Source: Pecten maximus
Lineage: Eukaryota
NCBI RefSeq assembly: GCF_902652985.1
Contig: NC_047025.1
Location: forward strand, 39,618,001-39,682,000
DNA: 64,000 nucleotides
Reading direction: 5' to 3'
The position numbers were made by a program, and so were the translations under genes. Positions 54,447-64,000 of the stretch are shown one piece after another; position 1 is the stretch's first letter, and each line of letters opens with the position of its first letter. Below the pieces are notes generated by a model, which saw only the letters and a program-made list of their open reading frames with translations, did no database searches and was not told the origin of the DNA.

Positions 54447-55860
54447 TACTTACGGGAGATGTAGAGATAGGGACGTTACTTACGGGAGATGTAGAGATAC
54501 GGACGTTACTTACGGGAGATGTAGAGATAGGGACGTTACTTACGGGAGATGTAGAGATACGGACGTTACCTACGGGAGATGTAGAGATAGGGACGTTACT
54601 TACGGGAGATGTAGAGATACGGACGTTACCTACGGGAGATGTAGATATAGGGACGTTACTTACGAGAGATGTAGAGATAGGGACGTTACTTACGGGAGAT
54701 GTAGAGATAGGGACGTTACTTACGGGAGATGTAGATATAGGGACGTTACTTACGGGAGATGTAGAGATACGGACGTTACTTACGGGAGATGTAGAGATAG
54801 GGACGTTACTTAGGGGAGATGTAGAAATAGGGACGTTACTTACGGGAGATGTACAGAGAGGGACGTTACTTACGGGAGATGTAGAGATAGGGACGTTACT
54901 TACGGGAGATGTAGAGATAGGGACGTTACTTACGGGAGATGTAGAGATAGGGACGTTACTTACGGGAGATGTAGAGATAGGGACGTTACTTACGGGAGAT
55001 GTAGAGATAGGGACGTTACTTACGGGAGATGTAGAGATAGGGACGTTACTTACGGGAGATGTAGAGATAGGGACGTTACTTACGGGAGATGTAGAGATAG
55101 GGACGTTACTTACGGGAGATGTAGAGATACGGACGTTACTTACGGGAGATGTAGAGATAGGGACGTTACTTACGAGAGATGTAGAGATAGGGACGTTACT
55201 TACGGGAGATGTAGAGATATGGACGTTACTTACGGGAGATGTAGAGATAGGGACGTTACTGACGGGAGATGTAGAGATAGGGACGTTACTGACGGGAGAT
55301 GTAGAGATACGGACGTTACTTACGGGAGATGTAGAGATATGGACGTTACTTACGGGAGATGTAGATATAGGGATGTTACTTACGGGAGATGTAGAGATAG
55401 GGACGCTACTTACGGGAGATGTAGAGATAGGGACGTTACTTACGGGAGATGTAGAGATAGGGACGTTACTTACGGGAGATGTAGAGATAGGGACGTTACT
55501 TACGGGAGATGTAGAGACAGGGACGCTACTTACGGGAGATGTAGAGATAGGGACGTTACTTACGGGAGATGTAGATATAGGGACGTTACTTACGGGAGAT
55601 GTAGAGACAGGGACGTTACTTACGGGAGATGTACAGGGAGGGACGTTACTGACGGGAGATGTAGAGATAGGGACGTTACTTACGGGAGATGTAGATATAG
55701 GGACGTTACTTACGGGAGATGTAGAGATAGGGACGTTACTTACGGGAGATGTAGAGATAGGGACGTTACTTACGGGAGATGTAGAGATAGGGACGTTACT
55801 TACGGGAGATGTAGAGAAAGGGACGTTACTTACGGGAGATGTAGAGATACGGACGTTACT
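54447..55860. repeat. 30-bp minisatellite, about 47 copies
   Basis: Unit GGACGTTACTTACGGGAGATGTAGAGATAG. Confidence 0.97.
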
Positions 55861-56029
55861 AAGCGGGGATGGGGATGTTAGTAAATGAGTATCCTGATCA
55901 GAATATCGATATCCTCATTATCGAGTTTTATAGTTATGCTAGACGTATATGGTCGATGTAGAAATAATGTCCGTACAGGACCTATAAGATCGACACCTGT
56001 TTTTCTTTCTTTTTAGTTTCTTCAAGACA

Positions 56030-57265
56030 TCACTGAAGGAGTCCTAGAAGGATGTAACAGCTGTATGATGTCTCTAACATTACTGAGGAGTCAAAGGATG
56101 AAACAGCTGTATGATGTCTCTAACATCACTGACGTGTCCTAGAAGGACAACACAGCTGTATGATGTCCCTAGTATCACTGACGAATCCTAGAATGACACT
56201 TAAGCATTGAACGGCTTTCAGTTGGCATTCATAGTCAATATGAATGCCAACTGGACAGAGGCAAATTCCATGAAGCGCGCTAGCGCTTCATGTTGAATTT
56301 GCCTCTGTCCAGTTGGCATTCATATTGACTATGAATGCCAACTGAAAGCCGTTCAATTCTTATATTTACCATCTGCGATTTTTTATTTGTCATGCGATTT
56401 TTGTTTTGAAATTTTCAAATTCAAATTTCCCGCGCTTACCAGTAGCAGAGATCACTTCCTGTTGGCAGTTCATAGGCTGGTGAACACGCAACTGAATTGG
56501 TAGGGTTATATAGTGGCAGTGCCATACAATGGTAAATATAGCTGTATGATGTCCCTATTATCACTGACGAGTCCTAGGACGTAACAACTGTATGATGTCT
56601 CTAACATTACTGAGGAGTCATAGGATGTAACAGCTGTATGATGTCTCTAACATCACTGACGTGTCCTAGAAGGACAACACAGCTGTATGATGTCTCTAAT
56701 ATCACTGACGAGACCTATCAGGACAATACAGCTGTATGGTGTCCCTATCATCACTGACGAGTCTTAGAAGGACGATACAGCTGTATGATGTCTCTAACAT
56801 CACTGACTGGTCTTAGGACGTAACAGCTGTATGATGTCCCTAACATCAGTGACGATTCCTAGGACGTAACAGTTGAATGATGTCTCTAACATCACTGACG
56901 AGTCCTAGGACGTAACAGCTGTATGATGTCTCTAACATCTCGTACGAGTCCTAGAAGGACGATACAGTTGTATGGTGTCTCTAACATTACTGACGAGTCT
57001 TTGGACGTAACAGCTGTTTGGTGTCTCTAACATCAGTGACGAGTCCTAGAAGGACGTAACAGCTGTATGATATCTCTAACATCTCGTACGAGTCCTAGAA
57101 GGACGTAATAGTTGTATGGTGTCTCTAACATTACTGACGAGTCCTTGGACGTAATAGCTGTATGATGTCTCTAACATCAGCGGCGAGTCCTAGAAGGACG
57201 TAACAGCTGTATGATGTCTCTAACATCAGTGTCGAGTCCTTTGACGTAACAGCTGTATGATGTCC
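56030..57265. repeat. Degenerate ~45-50-bp minisatellite interrupted by a hairpin element
   Basis: ACAGCTGTATGATGTCTCTAACATCACTGACGAGTCCTAG(AA)GGACGTA units on both sides of 56201-56540. Confidence 0.9.
56201..56540. mobile_element. Non-autonomous element: ~150-bp nested hairpin plus IR-bounded arm, inserted in a minisatellite
   Basis: Palindrome 56201-56352 (apex GAAGCGC-GCTA-GCGCTTC); perfect 12-bp IR TATATTTACCAT (56351-56362) / ATGGTAAATATA (56529-56540); interrupts one unit of the 56030-57265 array. Confidence 0.8.
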
Positions 57266-57445
57266 ATATCTTTCTTACAATAATTAAACTCAGTTGAGGT
57301 TATGAATGTCTGTTTACAAGATATGAACATTTACAAGAATTTGAACTAGTGTCGGTGTCTACCGCCAAGTTACAATGAAATGGTATCCCCGTCCACAACA
57401 GGATATCAACTTCACAGAAATATATTCCCCAAGGATAATAGCAGA

Positions 57446-57570
57446 GGCGTCTGTTTCTGGTTAGTATAAATAGAAAAAAAATTACCACCTTCTCCTACTT
57501 TACCGACAGGTGTTACAGTAGGAGTAGGGGCCAAGATTTTTTCTATTTATACTAACCGGAAACAGACGCC
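57446..57570. mobile_element. Small foldback/MITE-like element
   Basis: ~35-bp arms GGCGTCTGTTTCTGGTTAGTATAAATAGAAAAAA / TTTTTCTATTTATACTAACCGGAAACAGACGCC (1 mismatch) plus inner CTCCTACT/AGTAGGAG stem. Confidence 0.6.
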
Positions 57571-58096
57571 CGCGATAGGAGCAATATAACACGGCAAGTG
57601 ATTTATTATGTTTTTAATATTGATACAGAAACATACACTCAACAATGAAACATTTCACAACATTCAATATAAATATTGCTTACATTATATAATGATAAAT
57701 ATTCTTAACATAATAACATAATATAAATATTCTTAACATTTTATAGTAATAATATAAATCTGCATATATCATACAGTGTACCTAATATTATATAATAATA
57801 CAAAATATTCCTAACACTATGAAATAATATAAATTTATTTAACATTATATAATAATACAAATATTCCTAAAGTTATATAATAATACAAATATTCCTAACA
57901 TTATATGATAATGTAAATATTCTAAACACAGCCTCTACTAGCTGATCGAAGACAGTGTTATGGTCGACATATACTGTTACTTACCTCCTATCTAAAGACT
58001 TTGTGTCTTTTTCTGTACAATCCTTGAGATCGCATACTAATTATTATAATTCATATTTAATACACTTATATATCTACTGTAATACACTTATATATC

Positions 58097-58414
58097 TACT
58101 GTAATATACTTATATTTCGTTTAGGATTTATTTTTGTATCGCTTAGGATTTATTTTTGCACTAACACGCGAGGAGAGTAAATCGCGAATTCAAACCCTTT
58201 GCGATTATTGTACGAATAAAACACCTTTGGGTGACGACCAAGCTAACGATTTCCCATAAAGGAGTCTTGCAAAGTCCATGACTCTGAGAGCTCATCAACC
58301 GGGAATTAATATTCATTTCTGAATCAGCTTCTGTGAAGTCATGTATTTACGAATATACCTGAAGAGGTAATTTCGCAAAGTAAAGTATTCTCAAAATCTA
58401 AGTTATTTACAGTA
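58097..58414. mobile_element. Degenerate MITE with TA-CTGTAA...TTACAG-TA ends
   Basis: TACTGTAA at 58097 and TTACAGTA at 58407-58414 with TTTCGC/CGCGAA subterminal motifs; short TIR only. Confidence 0.35.
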
Positions 58415-58914
58415 TTTACTAGACATGTAGACACGGTGGTAGTTTGAGGTAGAATAAACAGACACGGGTAGCCAGGCTCGGGATTCTTCCCGACAGTATG
58501 TTATTTAACCAGTTCAAAAAGGTTTTACTTCCTTCGCTCGCAAGATACATTGTCTAAAGGTACAAAATAAAAAAGATATATCTCAATAAATACTTCTAAA
58601 ATAATATATCTCATTAAATACTTCTAAAATAATATATCTCATTAAATACTTCTAAAATAAAATAATATATCTCATTAAATACTTCTAAAATAATATATCT
58701 CATTAAATACTTATAAAATATCTTCACAATTATTAGTATTGTATAATGTAATTGTATATCAAATCAATTATACACTATCTAAATATACGTAATAAAAATA
58801 CACGCATAAAAATATTTCAAAATCATCTTCACAATGATCGAACAATAATGGCACAAAGGGAAATAATATGAACAGCATTTAGTCTTTATTATACAGCTGA
58901 ACACAACAATTCAC

Positions 58915-60062
58915 TGAGTACGACAGCAATGTCAGATACGGACGATTTACTGTATACGACAGCAATGTCAATACGTTAACCTCGGTCAGATACGGACGAT
59001 CCACTGTGTACGACAGCAATGTCAGATACGGACGATCCACTGTGTACGACAGCAATGTCAGATACGGACGATCCACTGTGTACGACGGTAATGTCAGATA
59101 CGGACGATCCACTGTGTACGACGGTAATGTCAATACGTTAACCTCGGTCAGATACGGACGATCCACTGTGTACGATGACCTCGGTCAGATACGGACGATC
59201 CACTGTGTACGATGACCTCGGTCAGATACGGACGATCCACTGTGTACGATGACCTCGGTCAGATACGGACGATCCACTGTGTACGACAGCAATGTCAGAT
59301 ACGGACGATCCACTGTGTACGATGACCTCGGTCAGATACGGACGATCCACTGTGTACGATGACCTCGGTCAGATACGGACGATCCACTGTGTACGATGAC
59401 CTCGGTCAGATACAGACGATCCACTGTGTACGACAGCAATGTCAGATACGGACGATCCACTGTGTACGACAGCAATGTCAGATACGGACGATCCACTGTG
59501 TACGACGGTAATGTCAATACGTTAACCTCGGTCAGATACGGACGATCCACTGTGTACGACAGCAATGTCAATACGTTAACCTCGGTCAGATACGGACGAT
59601 CCACTGTGTACGACAGCAATGTCAGATACGTTAACCTCGGTCAGATACGGACGATCCACTGTGTACGACAGCAATGTCAATACGTTAACCTCGGTCAGAT
59701 ACGGACGATCCACTGTGTACGACGGTAATGTCAGATACGGACGATCCACTGTGTACGACGGTAATGTCAATACGTTAACCTCGGTCAGATACGGACGATC
59801 CACTGTGTACGATGACCTCGGTCAGATACGGACGATCCACTGTGTACGATAACCTCGGTCAGATAAGGACGATCCACTGTGTACGATGACCTCGGTCAGA
59901 TACGGACGATCCACTGTGTACGACGGCAATGTCAGATACGGACGATCCACTATGTACGACGTCAATGTCAATACGTTAACCTCGGTCAGATACGGACGAT
60001 CCACTGTGTACGATGACAATGTCAATACGTTAACCTCGGTCAGATACGGACGATCCACTGTG
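58915..60062. repeat. Modular minisatellite: constant 29-bp core with a small set of alternative linkers
   Basis: Core GTCAGATACGGACGATCCACTGTGTACGA; linkers CAGCAAT, CGGTAAT, TGACCTCG and ...AATGTCAATACGTTAACCTCG. Confidence 0.93.
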
Positions 60063-60232
60063 ACTGGTTAGATAAGGACAATCTATTCTGATTAGTCAGA
60101 TATGGTGTCACATACATTAGGATTAGTCGTCATGTTTATCTCTCTCCGAAGTTTTTTTTTTTTTCAGAGGCTGAACTAACCTTTGCAGCATGGGACTAAA
60201 TAGATACACATAGTCTACATATTTACAATCAC

Positions 60233-61243
60233 CACTATCTAAATACTATTATATCTTATCTAAATACTATTATATCTTATCTAAATACTATTATATCTTA
60301 TCTAAATACTATTATACCTTATCTTAATACTATTATATCTTATCTAAATACTATTATACCTTATCTAAATACTATTATATCTTATCTAAATACTATTATA
60401 TCTTATCTAAATACTATTATATCTTATCTAAATACTATTATACCTTATCTTAATACTATTATATCTTATCTAAATACTATTATACCTTATCTAAATACTA
60501 TTATACCTTATCTAAATACTATTATATCTTATCTAAATACTATTATATCTTATCTAAATACTATTATATCTTATCTTAATACTATTATACCTTATCTAAA
60601 TACTATTATATCTTATCTTAATACTATTATATCTTATCTAAATACTATTATACCTTATCTAAATACTATTATATCTTATCTAAATACTATTATACCTTAT
60701 CTAAATACTATTATACCTTATCTAAATACTATTATATCTTATCTAAATACTATTATACCTTATCTAAATACTATTATACCTTATCTAAATACTATTATAT
60801 CTTATCTAAATACTATTATACCTTATCTAAATACTATTATACCTTATCTAAATACTATTATATCTTATCTAAATACTATTATATCTTATCTAAATACTAT
60901 TATACCTGATCTAAATACTATTATATCTTATCTAAATACTATTATACCTTATCTAAATACTATTATATCTTATCTTAATACTATTATACCTTATCTAAAT
61001 ACTATTATATCTTATCTAAATACTATTATATCTTATCTTAATACTATTATATCTTATCTAAATACTATTATACCTTATCTAAATACTATTATATCTTATC
61101 TTAATACTATTATATCTTATCTAAATACTATTATACCTTATCTAAATACTATTATACCTTATCTAAATACTATTATATCTTATCTAAATACTATTATATC
61201 TTATATAAATACTATTATATCTTATCTAAATACTATTATATCT
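60233..61243. repeat. 21-bp AT-rich minisatellite
   Basis: Unit TATCTAAATACTATTATA(T/C)CT, about 48 copies. Confidence 0.96.
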
Positions 61244-61477
61244 TTGCTGGCATACGAAATTTGACTTTGGTAAATTTACAATGCTGTAACAATTAAGTCG
61301 TTTGCTAATAGATTTACTCCAGCTTTTTAGCACAAACATCCTTTGCAATGCTTAGGTCTGATAATATGACAGTACAATACTCTAAACTTCATCCTAAACA
61401 CGAAACATTTTACAATATGAACATTTGCTGCATGTGTATTGCAATTTTGTTTTTTCTTTTCTTTGAATAACATGGTA

Positions 61478-61547
61478 TTATTGTATTGACGAATCGGCAT
61501 CGGTGTCGGTGAGACTTGAAAACATCTGGACAGCATCATGGTGAAAC
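61478..61547 (-). CDS. Candidate terminal exon A of the minus-strand gene
   Basis: gtcgtctaaccag/G TTT CAC...: phase-2 acceptor giving (R)FHHDAVQMFSSLTDTDADSSIQ-stop. Confidence 0.45.
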
Positions 61548-61894
61548 CTGGTTAGACGACAATTAAAATCGTGTATATGGCAGTAATATATACACTCGTG
61601 GATTACAAAGTTGAAGGGGACAACTCTATTATATTCCAAATAAAACTGCAAAGTAAAATGGTCAACTAAATATTTATAAAGTACGCATTTTGACGAGGTA
61701 TCAAGTAAACCTCTTTGATATTGCTTTTATCAGAAGTACTTTTTTATAATTATAAGTATAATGGTGTACCCATACATCACCAAAGCCCAGAGAAAAAAGG
61801 CAATGTTTAACATGGATAGCCCAGTTATATTAATTGATCTACGCTCGTCGATTACAAGGTTGAAGGGGAACAACTCTATTATATTCCAACTTAC

Positions 61895-62088
61895 CTGTTT
61901 TCATGATATGGCTCTGGTAGCCGAAACGGGTCTCCGTCTATATTGATATCGAGATTCTCATCAACTGGGCTGTCCTCTTTAACTTTAATCGTGTAACCAG
62001 CTGCCTGATAGTACTGCAAGAAGTCTTGCTGCAACTGTATCAAAAACAGTTGATATAAATTGGGTACTGATTTCAAAAACATCGCAAA
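61895..62088 (-). CDS. Internal exon of the same unidentified gene
   Basis: Long poly-T tract then cctaacgtcag/TTT GCG ATG; 194 nt open (FAMFLKSVPNLYQLFLIQLQQDFLQYYQAAG...PFRLPEPYHEN); consensus donor AG/gtaagt; phase 0 in, phase 2 out. Confidence 0.75.
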
Positions 62089-62534
62089 CTGACGTTAGGT
62101 AAAAAAAAAAAAAAAAAAATGGAAAGAAAGAAAAGAAAAAAGACATTGCTATTGCTGAAAGCCTAATATAAAGCCCTATCTGGATCTGTCATCAGAAGTA
62201 AAGAAACATAACATCATCCGAGAAATATGTATTTTTAACATACATGTATAGTTGACTCTACTGTTCGACAAAAATAACTTTTTAGACTTGTTTCATAAAA
62301 TCTCAGTTGAAATGAAAACCCATTTTTGAATCCTACATGAATTATATGTCCCGTGAAGTAATGTACAGATATCTAGAAACCCGACATCATACAGTATCAT
62401 TACAGATATTTATAATCATCAACTGGCCTAGCCAGACATGTGTTAGCACTGATAGGTAGTAACATGACAGCTATATAACTAATTGTACTATCTTCCTCAA
62501 CATAACGTCTGTAGTACTTCCTTTGGTCAATAAT

Positions 62535-63000
62535 GCTATTGATAACATTTCTATTATTGCTATTGTTAACATCATTATTATTGCTATTGTTAACATCATT
62601 ATTATTGCTATTGTTAACATCATTATTATTGCTATTGTTAACATCATTATTATTGCTATTGTTAACATCATTATTATTGCTATTGTTAACATCATTATTA
62701 TTGCTATTGTTAACATCATTATTATTGCTATTGTTAACATCGTTATTATTGCTATTGTTAACATTATTATCAGTGCTATTGTTAACATTATTATTATTGC
62801 TATTGTTAACATTATTATCAGTGCTATTGTTAACATTATTATTATTGCTATTGTTAACATTATTATCAGTGCTATTGTTAACATAATTATTATTGCTATT
62901 GTTAACATTATTATCAGTGCTATTGTTAACATTATTATCAGTGCTATTGTTAACATTATTATTATTGCTATTGTTAACATCGTTATTATTGCTATTATTA
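62535..63000. repeat. 24-bp intronic minisatellite
   Basis: Unit ATTATTATTGCTATTGTTAACATC, inside the predicted 62089-63037 intron. Confidence 0.94.
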
Positions 63001-63037
63001 ATTTGATTCTGTAATGTTTTCTAGTAAACATTCTTAC

Positions 63038-63256
63038 CGCCTCCTTTTTACCACTGATCAATTTAATCACATGCCAAACAAACTGAAGTGAGGAGCACCC
63101 CTTTTTGTAGAAGATGAATGTCTGGAAGGGTCCTCTATTTGGCCATATCTGTGACTTTCCTTTCACATCCTTTAAGTTCCAGCACAACAACATTGTGTTA
63201 AAGATGTCTCCTTCAAACTTTTCTGCAATGAAATGTTTCAAGTCATGTGACATGGG
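63038..63256 (-). CDS. Internal exon of an unidentified protein-coding gene
   Basis: Minus strand ttatttgataccag/CCC ATG...AAG GAG GCG/gtaaga; 219 nt open (PMSHDLKHFIAEKFEGDIFNTMLLCWNL...VIKLISGKKEA), phase 0 at both ends and compatible with the next exon. Confidence 0.7.
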
Positions 63257-63904
63257 CTGGTATCAAATAAAAAATATTCCGATTTCAATATAAAATTTAC
63301 ATGTATTTCCCACATCGATCCATACACTTCCTAGTTAAGTGTTTGAAAAAGAGTAAAATATTGGCCCAGGGTTAACATACCGGTAACAATGAATTTGGCG
63401 TTGGTAAAATCAATCAAACATATTTAAAATTACAAAAGACATATCGTAAATTTGGACGATCAGTCCCTTTCAATTTTTGATGATTCAAAATAAATTGTTG
63501 GATAAAATGAATAAAGGCTACTCAAACTAAGGCAAACATTTTAGGACACAAAGTTACAAACTTGAAAATGTTTCCAACGTTGAGTATAATTAGATTTGTT
63601 TTTACGCAGATTAACATCCTCGCACCATCCGGGCTCATTTGAGGACGAATGTTAGGGGCATAAAAAGCAGAAGAAAAGAACAGACAGGACAGAGGAAGAG
63701 ATAAAGATCTCTAATGTTTTGTATCTTCAATGTCCTGTAATCAGAACATAAGAAAGGAAAGCCTCAGGCCTGCTATGGCCGTATTTGTGGTCCTTCCTAC
63801 GATCAACATGCTATTACTATGTCCTCCAATGTCCCAAACACAGAAAATATCAGACACATATCCCAATTCAGAACACAATTAATCACATCCTACGACATGT
63901 AGAA

Positions 63905-64000
63905 GGTTTGCTTGTTGGCTGGGTTTATCGCCCTTTGAACTGCCAGGGTCATTTTGGGGCGGGGTGTCCGTGTAGTAGTGGGTGACGTCCTCACTGAACA
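63905..64000 (-). mobile_element. 3' end of a second SINE (cut by window edge)
   Basis: Reverse complement ends AAAATGACCCTGGCAGTTCAAAGGGCGATAAACCCAGCCAACAAGCAAACC, similar to the tail of the 23685 SINE but with a different upstream body. Confidence 0.6.

Noticed and set aside
54397-55888. 485-aa TGDVEIGTLL repeat ORF (beta-solenoid-like)
   Set aside because: 30-bp minisatellite open in more than one frame; no unique flanking domains or splice support.
58915-60062. CRISPR-like repeat/spacer appearance
   Set aside because: Linkers are short, reused and related to each other; no cas genes; eukaryotic context.

Overview
Eukaryotic (animal) genomic DNA, AT-rich, probably a mollusc/bivalve judging from the SINE, HINE-like and LINE content (inference). 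Main content: (1) four coding exons of a junctophilin gene on the + strand (14614-15415, 29830-29948, 32809-33791, 34158-34244); the first coding exon with MORN I-V lies upstream of the window; (2) the 3' exons of an unidentified convergent gene on the - strand (63256-63038, 62088-61895, plus one of two candidate terminal exons); (3) a 5'-truncated L1/Tx1-type LINE (43706-47021) with poly(A), a 13-bp TSD and a TTTT/AA target, whose only two ORF lesions look like TA-CA..TG-TA transposon excision footprints; (4) other LINE relics, two SINEs sharing a 3' tail, a PHD-finger pseudo-ORF, and small elements built from a long hairpin plus an IR-bounded arm; (5) more than 20 unrelated minisatellite arrays covering roughly 23 kb (about a third of the window). 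Most long ORFs in the supplied track are translations of these arrays. No CRISPR, rRNA or true tRNA genes were found.
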